Source: Promethearchaeota archaeon (lineage in GTDB: Archaea > Asgardarchaeota > Heimdallarchaeia > Hodarchaeales > Hodarchaeaceae). Taken from it: DNA of 64,000 bases. Shown in pieces: positions 1 through 8,792 of the stretch. Position 1 is the first letter of the stretch. Every line of letters starts with the position of its first letter. The translations under genes were made by a program, and so were the position numbers. Under the pieces are notes generated by a model. That model was given only the letters and a program-made list of their open reading frames with translations, had not been told where the DNA came from and did no database searches. The stretch is from positions 160,001 to 224,000 of the forward strand of contig JBHLMN010000006.1 in assembly GCA_048938105.1 (NCBI GenBank), written 5' to 3'.

Positions 1-254
1 CCCATCTCTATAGCCCTTGGTTCGAATTGTTTTATTGACTCTACTTTTCTGGATTCCCTAGATGTTTTACGCCAAATAATTAATCCAATAGCTAAGAATG
101 ATAAGAAAATTAGTAATAGAATGTAAATGATATTTTCAAGAGAAAATGCAGGGGGAATAAAGACACCAAGCCAAAAATCAGAAAATAAAATTAATAAAAA
201 AGGCATCAAGAAGAGTAAACCAAAACAGATACTCCAGATTACTCCTTTTTTCAT
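1..254 (-). CDS. Partial membrane protein (runs off left edge)
   Basis: Hand translation from ATG at 254: MKKGVIWSICFGLLFLMPFLLILFSDFWLGVFIPPAFSLENIIYILLLIFLSFLAIGLIIWRKTSRESRKVESIKQFEPRAIEM..., open to the window edge, two hydrophobic helices; not in ORF track. Confidence 0.65.
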   Translation of the reverse strand, partial: MKKGVIWSICFGLLFLMPFLLILFSDFWLGVFIPPAFSLENIIYILLLIFLSFLAIGLIIWRKTSRESRKVESIKQFEPRAIEM

Positions 255-599
255 GTGATTCCCTTATTTAGCTTTTTCCCTACTTAACTTAGATTAGTTT
301 CATTTCAAGTAAGAGAGATGAAATTTCTTTTCTTCATTAAGACCTTTTACTAGATAAAACTACTTCCTTTCTATTTGAACTTTTGAATGTTTTCATTGTT
401 ATTGAGGGTGTTTTGACATATAATCCTCACAATTACAGTTCTAAGAAGGAAAGATACACTAAAGCTTTAAAAATCTCGAGTAGTTTTTTCCTGAGAGAAT
501 ACTTTGTGCCACAAACAATCTTTATTGTATTTGATAATTTACAGTTATGATTACGTTTTCTCGTGCTTATTGAGCAATCATTGCAAATCTATTCACTTT

Positions 600-908
600 T
601 CATTTGTTAGAGATAGCAGCCACTTTGTCTTCCATCTTTCTTGGTTTGTCTTTACGATCATCGATACGTAGTTGAGTTAAAACTCGTAATGCACCAGCTT
701 TCAGAATGGCTTCATGAGCAAGCCTAGTCACATCAAAAATTTGTTCTAGAGAATCAGCTTCAATAACTGTACCCATAGGATGATGGATAACTTTTATTCC
801 TTTGTAATTATCAATCTCTTTTGCTGCTTCTCTCACGAATTTACTTAAACTAGTTCCTACTCCTACTGGAAATGTAGTAATATCTGCTATGATCTTGGTA
901 CTCATCAA
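600..908 (-). CDS. MTH1187/YkoF-like thiamine-binding protein (DUF77)
   Basis: ADITTFPVG..SLSKFV, HPMGTVIE and RVLTQLRIDDRKDK..MEDKV motifs typical of the family. Confidence 0.85.
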   Translation of the reverse strand: MMSTKIIADITTFPVGVGTSLSKFVREAAKEIDNYKGIKVIHHPMGTVIEADSLEQIFDVTRLAHEAILKAGALRVLTQLRIDDRKDKPRKMEDKVAAISNK

Positions 909-969
909 TAACCACCTATTATTTTTGTATAATTATTTAGTAATCAGGAAATATCGAACTTTATCAAAG

Positions 970-1998
970 TTATTTAATTTCTTTCCAAATTCCCTCTGTG
1001 TTACACGGTACTGGTAGGTCCTTCATTGTCAACAATCCTGGATTTGCTAGGAAAATCCTTGGAATTAAGTTGACAACCATTGCAACAGTACCCAAATCCC
1101 CATGTACTCCACCCTCAATTTTTTGAGATATATGTGGTGTTCCTTCAATAATAATGTTATCAAATTCCTCATGATCACCAGCATAAGCAATAAAATCTAA
1201 AATGATCAGATCTGCGTCTCTTTTCTTAGCCACTGCTTTACTCTGGAGGCCACTCACAAATCCTTTTGGTATAGTGCAATAAGAAGTTGTAATATCCCTC
1301 TCTGCTATGACTGCTCTTGGAGGAAATTCAATGATTTCGTCACTAGTCATACCTAAAGCAGACATAATCATCTGCATAGACTGGGTTAAACCAACATGAC
1401 CAGTGATTTCCTTATTGTCAATTTTTTGCCTAAACTCCTCAAGCGAAAGACCTGTTCCGATTTTTTCTTGGAAAGGAAAACGTCTATTTGCAGAGTTCAT
1501 CATCCGTGTTATTGACATCTTCTGAACAGTTTGACAGGGAGCTGTTAGCACAATAGGTAATAAATCCATTAAAAATCCTGGATTAATGCCTGTTCCCACT
1601 ACGGATACATTTTTTGCCTTAGCAAGCTCATCGATTTCGTTAGAAAGCTTCGGAAAATACTCAAAGGGATAAGACAACTCTTCACATATAGAAATGACAT
1701 TACTACCAGCATTTATTGCTTCTATAATGATTGTTGAAACCTTCTCCAAAGAAGAAGATGTCAAAATTATCACAACATCAGCCTGTTTCTGATTTAAAAG
1801 CTTTTTTAGATCTGATTGAATCCTAAGTTTTGGCCCACTTGATAAATCTAATATTTCAATTAACTCCTTGTCCACAAGATTTGGATTAATATCAACTACT
1901 CCAATTAAATCTATATTCTCACGTTCGATTAACAACTTCGATATTTGCTGCCCTATAGCCCCTAATCCTACTTGAATCACACTAAATTTTGTTTTCAT
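970..1998 (-). CDS. NAD(P)-dependent amine dehydrogenase / 2,4-diaminopentanoate dehydrogenase-like (DapB-like N-terminus)
   Basis: Rossmann GLGAIG, NVISICEEL, GTGINPGFLMD, GHVGL and GGVHGDLGT..VVNLIP motifs. Confidence 0.75.
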   Translation of the reverse strand: MKTKFSVIQVGLGAIGQQISKLLIERENIDLIGVVDINPNLVDKELIEILDLSSGPKLRIQSDLKKLLNQKQADVVIILTSSSLEKVSTIIIEAINAGSNVISICEELSYPFEYFPKLSNEIDELAKAKNVSVVGTGINPGFLMDLLPIVLTAPCQTVQKMSITRMMNSANRRFPFQEKIGTGLSLEEFRQKIDNKEITGHVGLTQSMQMIMSALGMTSDEIIEFPPRAVIAERDITTSYCTIPKGFVSGLQSKAVAKKRDADLIILDFIAYAGDHEEFDNIIIEGTPHISQKIEGGVHGDLGTVAMVVNLIPRIFLANPGLLTMKDLPVPCNTEGIWKEIK

Positions 1999-2109
1999 TG
2001 GAATTTGGCTCTTAATAATTTTGATACTTAGTTCTGTAAAGGATAATTCAATACAAATAATTTTTGTTTATTATAAGATCCTGTTATGACTAATAATTAT
2101 TGGGGTCTA

Positions 2110-3069
2110 TTAGTTTAAATCAAAAAAATCTCGTGCATTTTGCCAATAAAATCGTTTAAGGACGGACTGAGGAAGATTAAGTCCATTAATGAAAGTAGGA
2201 GGATTAGGATTGTCCTCATCTGAAAAAGGTAACTCAACTTTAACATTGCTCTCCCAAAATACACGCTGTGCCCAGTAACGAGTCGCAAAATAATCTTCTG
2301 GATGATCACCCCATCCCACAGACAAGTCAGTAGCAAAAAGAATTCTATCCTGGTAACGGATAATGAAATCACGAGCTTTCTGAATATCTTTCCCCAGCTC
2401 ACGTATAATCCATTTTGTAGAAGCCGTATCTACATATAAATTAGGAAATCTCATAAAGAGCTTCTCTAATTGGGCTAAATTTTGGATTTCAGGTAAGCTC
2501 CCAAAGTGAACACTTATCACTTTAAGAGAGGGGTGTCTTTCTAAAACAGCTATAAAATCGTTGACTACTTGAGATTTTGTGTTATACCGTGCAGCATCCT
2601 GATACTTTGTTTCGTACCATATGTCAGGATCAGCCACATGAATATCTAATGGAAGACCATAATCTTCAATTCGAGTAAAAACAGGGTCAAAAATAGGATC
2701 CGAAATAGAAACAAGCTTCTCTGTATTAAAGAAATCTATTTGTCTTGGGCCGAACCACGTTTTGGTGAGGGTATAATTCAGACTATGAGCTTCATCAACA
2801 GCTTCTATTATTGGTTCGGGTTTTTTTTCAGCAAAAGCTTGCATAGGTAAATAATATGCAAATATAATTTCAGCAGCTTTTCCATTCTGTTCCAGAGTTT
2901 TCTTCACTTCAGGTTGGGCAATACCCATATATTTCCTGACGCCATAAAGTTGACCCCATTTTTCAAGTTCGTTAAACGCATTAGCGTCCCAAATATGAAT
3001 ATGAGAATCACAAATTTTTGTTTTAGGGGGGAGTAAACCAGCTAAAGGATCGCTCAGATTAAATTTCAA
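2110..3069 (-). CDS. Amidohydrolase family 2 metal-dependent hydrolase
   Basis: DSHIH, IHVADP, VHFG, NLYVDT and RILFATD motifs. Confidence 0.8.
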   Translation of the reverse strand: MKFNLSDPLAGLLPPKTKICDSHIHIWDANAFNELEKWGQLYGVRKYMGIAQPEVKKTLEQNGKAAEIIFAYYLPMQAFAEKKPEPIIEAVDEAHSLNYTLTKTWFGPRQIDFFNTEKLVSISDPIFDPVFTRIEDYGLPLDIHVADPDIWYETKYQDAARYNTKSQVVNDFIAVLERHPSLKVISVHFGSLPEIQNLAQLEKLFMRFPNLYVDTASTKWIIRELGKDIQKARDFIIRYQDRILFATDLSVGWGDHPEDYFATRYWAQRVFWESNVKVELPFSDEDNPNPPTFINGLNLPQSVLKRFYWQNARDFFDLN

Positions 3070-3233
3070 AAGAAAACCTCATTAAACACACACAAAAAGG
3101 AAATTTATCAGCGTGGATTTGGTAAATAAGATAGATAATAAGAAATTTCCATTCAGTGAAAAAAGAGAAATGAGATAAAGTGTTTCTATTTATCTAAAAA
3201 AGTTAAGCTAGTTACCGCATGGACAGTTAGCTC

Positions 3234-3959
3234 ATGCCCCAAGTAGTTTATATCCCAATAAAAGCAATAATATTTGATTTTGATGGAACACTTGTTGATA
3301 CTAAGCAATATTACTTTGGGATGTTAGCAGAATATCTTCAAGTGGATCTTGTTCGTGTATTCTCTAAAGCAGATGAGTTAATATTCTCTAAGCTCACCTC
3401 ACAGGAAAGAAACGTAAAATGGAAAATAGTAATGGGCCTTTATCAAGTTTCACGAGCTTTAGGATTTAGTTACATTAAATCTTTGAGAGCCATGTTTTTT
3501 GTAGGACGGAATCAATCAAAACAATTTTCTTCAGCTCAACCAACAAAAGATACGATATTAGCTCTAAAGCGATTACATTCTACTGGAATCAAATTAGCTA
3601 TTGTAAGTGATTCACCACGAAAAAAAATAAACATATTTCTGAATAAGCATCTCAAAGGTATAAATTACTTTCCAGAAGACTGTATTTTAGCCTCGGGGGA
3701 ATTTGGAAAACACAAGGAGGAAGGATTTGTATATTTTCTTCGGAAATTTAATCTAACAAGCACACCTCGGAGCTGTGCGATGATAGGAGACTTAGGGGGG
3801 GATATTATTGCAGGAAAAACAATTGGAATTACTACGTTCGCATTCGCCGCAGGTTATTCCACTCCTGAAATTTTACTTGAAAATGAACCAGATGCTATTT
3901 ATGAAACATTACTTGAGATGGAGAGATCTATCCACCTTTTTCTTGCCGAAGAGAAATAA
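3234..3959 (+). CDS. HAD-superfamily phosphatase (phosphoglycolate phosphatase-like)
   Basis: FDFDGTLVD motif I, IVS motif II, MIGD..GD motif IV. Confidence 0.85.
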   Translation: MPQVVYIPIKAIIFDFDGTLVDTKQYYFGMLAEYLQVDLVRVFSKADELIFSKLTSQERNVKWKIVMGLYQVSRALGFSYIKSLRAMFFVGRNQSKQFSSAQPTKDTILALKRLHSTGIKLAIVSDSPRKKINIFLNKHLKGINYFPEDCILASGEFGKHKEEGFVYFLRKFNLTSTPRSCAMIGDLGGDIIAGKTIGITTFAFAAGYSTPEILLENEPDAIYETLLEMERSIHLFLAEEK

Positions 3960-3970
3960 AACAATAGGTT

Positions 3971-5485
3971 TTAAGTATCAATCCATCCTCTGGCTTTACT
4001 TATTGCTTTATTCCAGTAGTGTATCATTTCTGTTCTTCGTTCTTCGTCTATATGGGGTTTAAAAACACGATCAATTTCCCATTTTTCTCTTAATTCATCT
4101 ATATTCTTCCAAAAGTCTACAGCAAGCCCGGCAGCATATACAGCTCCAAGAGCTGTTGTTTCTTCAATTTTAGGACGTATACATTCTATGTTCAACAAAT
4201 CAGCTTGGATTTGCATCAGTAGATTATTCTTGGAAGCCCCCCCGTCTACTCGTAAACTCTGCAATTTAATCCCACTATCTATCTCCATAGCACGGAAAAC
4301 ATCAAAAGATTGGAAAGCAATGGATTCTAGGACTGCTCGAGTGATATGACCACGATTACTTCCCCTAGTAAGTCCAACTAGAGTCCCACGAGCTGTAGTA
4401 TCCCAATGTGGTGCAAATAAGCCTACAAAAGCGGGAACAAAATACACTCCCCCATTATCAGCAACAGAAGCTGCTAAATCTTCTGATTCAGAAGCAGATG
4501 AAAAAAGTTGTAATTGATCTCGTAGCCACTGTATAGCGGCTCCACTAATTGCAATACTACCTTCTAACGCGTAATAATTTTCTTTTTTAAGTCCATAAGC
4601 AACAGTTGTGAGAAGTCCTGAATTAGAGTGTACAATCGTCTTCCCTGTATTTAATAAGAGGAAGTTACCAGTTCCATAGGTATTCTTTGCATTTCCAGGA
4701 TCAAAACATGTTTGACCAAATAACGCTGCCTGTTGATCTCCAAGATCCCCAGAGATGGGAGGGCTACCTTCCATTCCTTTTACGGCTATATGACCATACA
4801 GTTCAGGGTCACTTGATGGTCTAATTGCTGGAAGTACTGATCTAGGTATTGATAACTGCTCTATTAATTCATCATCCCAATCAAGTGTTTTTAAATTCAT
4901 CAACATGGTTCGAGAAGCATTTGAAACATCGGTTACGTGTACACCACCATTAGTGCCTCCTGTAAGATTCCAGATTAACCACGTATCAATATTCCCAAAA
5001 AGTAACTCTCCTTTCTCAGCTTTTGAATGAGCTCCTGGTACATTGTTTAATAACCACCGAATCTTAGGACCAGAGAAATATGTGGCTATAACCAGACCAG
5101 TTCGTTCTTTAATAAGTGGTTCTATATCCTGTCTTTTGAGTTCCTCACAAATTTCAGTAGTTCGTACACATTGCCAAACAACTGCATTATGAATTGGTAG
5201 TCCAGTTGTACGATTCCAAACGATCGTTGTTTCACGCTGATTGGTCACACCAATCGCAATCAGATCTTTAAGAGTAAGATGAGTCTTTTTGAGAGTTTCT
5301 CTAATTACTAATTGGGTATTAGTCCAAATAGCTAGAGGATCATGCTCAACCCATCCTAGCTGTGGAAAAATCTGTTCGTGTTCCTTGTAATGAGACCCAA
5401 TAAGGTTACTATGCTTATTAAACACCATAAATCGTGTACCAGTGGTTCCTTGATCAATCGCACCAATATACTCTTCTTTTGTCAT
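3971..5485 (-). CDS. glpK: Glycerol kinase
   Basis: IDQGTTGTR, GWVEHDP, TNQRETT, YFSGPK, GDQQAALFGQ, KNTYGTG; start placed at ATG 5485 (MTKEEYIGAIDQG) with AGGAG upstream, not at 5659 as in the ORF track. Confidence 0.95.
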   Translation of the reverse strand: MTKEEYIGAIDQGTTGTRFMVFNKHSNLIGSHYKEHEQIFPQLGWVEHDPLAIWTNTQLVIRETLKKTHLTLKDLIAIGVTNQRETTIVWNRTTGLPIHNAVVWQCVRTTEICEELKRQDIEPLIKERTGLVIATYFSGPKIRWLLNNVPGAHSKAEKGELLFGNIDTWLIWNLTGGTNGGVHVTDVSNASRTMLMNLKTLDWDDELIEQLSIPRSVLPAIRPSSDPELYGHIAVKGMEGSPPISGDLGDQQAALFGQTCFDPGNAKNTYGTGNFLLLNTGKTIVHSNSGLLTTVAYGLKKENYYALEGSIAISGAAIQWLRDQLQLFSSASESEDLAASVADNGGVYFVPAFVGLFAPHWDTTARGTLVGLTRGSNRGHITRAVLESIAFQSFDVFRAMEIDSGIKLQSLRVDGGASKNNLLMQIQADLLNIECIRPKIEETTALGAVYAAGLAVDFWKNIDELREKWEIDRVFKPHIDEERRTEMIHYWNKAISKARGWIDT

Positions 5486-5573
5486 TTCTATTTCTCCTAT
5501 GATATGAAAAGATAGGTAATGATTATTAAGATTCCAAAATGACCTTTTACATATAGAATAGTCTCTTAAAATG

Positions 5574-6101
5574 TCATGAGACTGAGATAATTGATTGGTT
5601 AATGTATTTTTTAATGCTGTCGAGGGGTGATCTTGTTTTACGATTCTGTACTGCAACAATTCTGTAATTCTTGGTCTGTGGAAATTGAGTTAAAAATTCC
5701 GTTAAGATCATTTCTCTAACCACAAGAATGTTTCCATGTTCACGTGATAATACTGCTTTCAACACTGGAAAGTAACCACTTCCCTGAAGCTCTAAGGGAC
5801 CGATTTCATCAATAAAGAGATAGTCAGTACCTAAGCTCGTTTGAATACTGGTGATTGTACGCTTAAGATTGGCCTTATGAATACGAAAATGACCTATTGG
5901 TATAAATTCATCAGATTCATTGGCTTCAAATGAAATTTTAGCTCTTTCAGCAATTAAATAGAACCATTTCTTATCATTTTGCAATGTGATTACTCCACCT
6001 TTTGATACAGGCAGTTGATTAAGATATTCTAACACCTGCCAACATAAGGTGGACTTTCCTGCATCCTTTGGGCCTGTAATAATGAATGAATATATTGTCA
6101 T
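5574..6101 (-). CDS. Nucleoside-triphosphatase (NTPase_1/THEP1-like)
   Basis: Walker A ITGPKDAGKST and Walker B LFIDEIGPLEL. Confidence 0.8.
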   Translation of the reverse strand: MTIYSFIITGPKDAGKSTLCWQVLEYLNQLPVSKGGVITLQNDKKWFYLIAERAKISFEANESDEFIPIGHFRIHKANLKRTITSIQTSLGTDYLFIDEIGPLELQGSGYFPVLKAVLSREHGNILVVREMILTEFLTQFPQTKNYRIVAVQNRKTRSPLDSIKKYINQSIISVS

Positions 6102-6121
6102 AATTTCCAGACAATCCTGAT

Positions 6122-6139
6122 CTGATTTATATAAATCAG
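6122..6139. promoter_or_regulatory. Perfect 18-bp palindrome CTGATTTATATAAATCAG containing a TATA box, upstream of NTPase-glpK
   Basis: Sequence equals its own reverse complement; lies 21-38 bp upstream of the ATG at 6101. Confidence 0.55.
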
Positions 6140-6306
6140 TAAAGGCGCTATAACAAATAAATAAGTTATCGGAAAGGGAAAATTGAATGGAAAAAGAAAT
6201 CTTTTAACGAGCAAATAAAACTCTATCTCAAAGAAACAATGAAACTAACATATCTAAACTGAGTAAAACCAAACCCATAAGTAAAATAAGGAGAAATAGG
6301 TGGAAA

Positions 6307-7416
6307 TTACCCAACATCAGTTATTCCATCTCCAGTTATTGCAAAAACAGTCTCATTTTCTGGAAGTAGGGGTGAATCAGCAATTCTGGCAATTCGTCGT
6401 TCACCTTTGGACTTTCGGAGATAAACTCGAGTGTGACTTGCATGAGCGACAATATTCCCCCCGACTGGCGCAGTGGGATCGCCAAAGAACATATCAGGTT
6501 TCGAATGAACCTGATTAGTGACGATAACTGCCAAATTACCAACCTCAGCAATTTTAAGAAGTGTATGAATGTGTTGGTTCAGCTTCTGTTGCCTACCAGC
6601 AAGTGTTCCCCTTCCGACATATTCTGCACGGAAATGTGAAATGAGAGAGTCCACAATAAGTAATCCAATCGTTTCTGTTTGACTATCTTTAGCAACCTTC
6701 TCAGCTAAAACCATTTGATGGTCACTATTGTAGGCTCTGCCATGCATGATGTTTTTCAAGACTCGTTTGATATCTAGATCCCCTTCCCAGCGCTTACTCA
6801 TATCAAGGATTCGTTCAGGACGGAAAGTTCCTTCAGTATCGATATAAACTACTTTTATAGGATTTTTATCGTCGGTATTCAAACCACCCATCTCACGAGG
6901 AAGCTGAGCTGTAATACAAAGTTGATGGGCAATCTGGGTCTTTCCAGTTCGGTATTCTCCATAAAATTCTGTCATTGAACCAGTTTCTACACCACCTCCA
7001 AATAGATCATCTAATGAAGCAGAACCCGTTGTGATTTTTAACATGTTCCGCCGGCGTTCTAGTACTTCCTCGGCCGTTGTAAATCCAAAATCCAAGGCAT
7101 CTCTGGCTGCTTGAATTATTTTCCGCGATGTTGCTTCACCTAGATTCCCCACTGCAACTAATTCCCCAATACTGACTGTTGCAAGGGATTCTAAGGTTCC
7201 AAAGCCAGAATCTTGAAGTTTCTTGGCAGTAGCTGGCCCTATACCTGGAAGATCGTTAATATCGTTTATTCCCGCATTCTTATCTTTCGACACTATTGGG
7301 GAGGAGCTTATATTATCAGTGTTAGGAGGTGTTGTTATTACTTTAGTCTCTTCAGAATTATTAGTCTCTTCACTTTTCTTATTGCGCGATGATGTCTTTC
7401 TTTTACGGGGTGGCAA
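6307..7416 (-). CDS. radA: DNA repair and recombination protein RadA with N-terminal extension
   Basis: HhH domain DLPGIGPATAKKL, Walker A GEYRTGKTQ, YIDTEGTFRPER, LIVDS, HFRAEYVGRG, TNQV, RIADSP; TTG start. Confidence 0.95.
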   Translation of the reverse strand: MPPRKRKTSSRNKKSEETNNSEETKVITTPPNTDNISSSPIVSKDKNAGINDINDLPGIGPATAKKLQDSGFGTLESLATVSIGELVAVGNLGEATSRKIIQAARDALDFGFTTAEEVLERRRNMLKITTGSASLDDLFGGGVETGSMTEFYGEYRTGKTQIAHQLCITAQLPREMGGLNTDDKNPIKVVYIDTEGTFRPERILDMSKRWEGDLDIKRVLKNIMHGRAYNSDHQMVLAEKVAKDSQTETIGLLIVDSLISHFRAEYVGRGTLAGRQQKLNQHIHTLLKIAEVGNLAVIVTNQVHSKPDMFFGDPTAPVGGNIVAHASHTRVYLRKSKGERRIARIADSPLLPENETVFAITGDGITDVG

Positions 7417-7766
7417 AATTAATCAAACCTTGAATGTGTTCTAAGACAGATAATGTGAATTTATGGGTATTTTTAACTCAACAGAGTGTAATGTCAATAT
7501 GATACTGTGTTAATTTACTTATTACTAGTATCATCAAGGAAAAAGCAGATTCACTATAGATTAACTGCGATGAGAAAAAAGATTCAAGTAGTGGATGGGA
7601 ATGTTACTAATACTTGAGCTGGATTCTTAGCGTTTAAATGAACTTTTCCTACTATGATAACGAAATAGTCAGTTCTATCCATTTTCGTCATTTTCACTGA
7701 TCTCACTCTATAATTTGACTGATTGCACTAGAATTAATAGCTTATATTTCACACATTCTTTTTGAT

Positions 7767-8600
7767 CTAACTTTGCCATGTAATGGAAACAGGATTTCGG
7801 ATGGGAATCTTAGAGTACTCATATACAGGATAACCCATTGATAGGACTGCAAAAACCTTGTACTTTTCTATTGAGATCCCTAACTTTTCTGCTATCTTTG
7901 GTTTTCGGCGAATTGCTTCAACAGCGTAACCAATGTTTACGGTTCCTAATCCGTTCACATGTGCTGCCAACATTAAGTAAGCAACAGCGTATCCAACATT
8001 TAATGACGCTAATGAGTCATCATCAGGTGTATACACCACAATAATCACTGGAGGATCATAAAAAAGAGCATCTCTCCCTTTATCAGCTTCTGTTAGCCAA
8101 TAACTCCACTTTCGAATCCGTCGTAAAGTGACAGTATCTTTTAATTGCGATGATTCAAAGATTTTCAATACATTAGCATAAAAACTTCTCACATTCGCCA
8201 CAAATGAAGCTATGGCTTGATCTTGAAGAATAAGATATTCAACATTCTGTAGATTGCTAGCTGTTGGAGCATATCGTGCTTCAGATATGAGTTGTTCTAT
8301 TAAATCCCTAGGGATCGCCTTTTTTTCAAAATTCCTAATCGATCGTCTTGTTTGAAATACAGTATACAAATCTTGAGGACTGATTCTTTGAGTAGTTGGA
8401 ATCTCTCGAAATTGCGTGGAATCGAGTTTGTCATGTCTAATGGCATTTTCAGGGCAAATGGCTATACAGTGTCCGCATAGAATGCAATATTCTTCAAACT
8501 TAACCCTTACAATGTCTTGGTTCATTTTAAAAATAAGTGAGGGACATGTTTTAACGCAATATCCACATTTAATGCATAATTCTGGTATTATTTCGATCAT
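7767..8600 (-). CDS. Nitroreductase with N-terminal 2x[4Fe-4S] ferredoxin domain
   Basis: CIKCGYCVKTCP and CILCGHCIAICP; RRSIRNF, APTASNLQ, GLGTV, MGYP. Confidence 0.9.
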   Translation of the reverse strand: MIEIIPELCIKCGYCVKTCPSLIFKMNQDIVRVKFEEYCILCGHCIAICPENAIRHDKLDSTQFREIPTTQRISPQDLYTVFQTRRSIRNFEKKAIPRDLIEQLISEARYAPTASNLQNVEYLILQDQAIASFVANVRSFYANVLKIFESSQLKDTVTLRRIRKWSYWLTEADKGRDALFYDPPVIIVVYTPDDDSLASLNVGYAVAYLMLAAHVNGLGTVNIGYAVEAIRRKPKIAEKLGISIEKYKVFAVLSMGYPVYEYSKIPIRNPVSITWQS

Positions 8601-8792
8601 TTACGTTTTGCCACTCCTAAAGGTTAAATATTTTTATTTTGATCCTAGTTTTTTTTGTTTATAATTTTTCTTTCGAGAGTAAATATTATGGTTTCCAGTT
8701 GATTTTGGCCTAAAATGTACTGAATTGCAAGTTTATCCTAGGAAAATAGCAAAACTCAATGTTTAAAATATAAAATTATAATAATTTTACCA

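Noticed and set aside
5486-5659. N-terminal extension of glpK in the ORF track
   Set aside because: Overlaps the NTPase gene; homology and an AGGAG site point to ATG 5485
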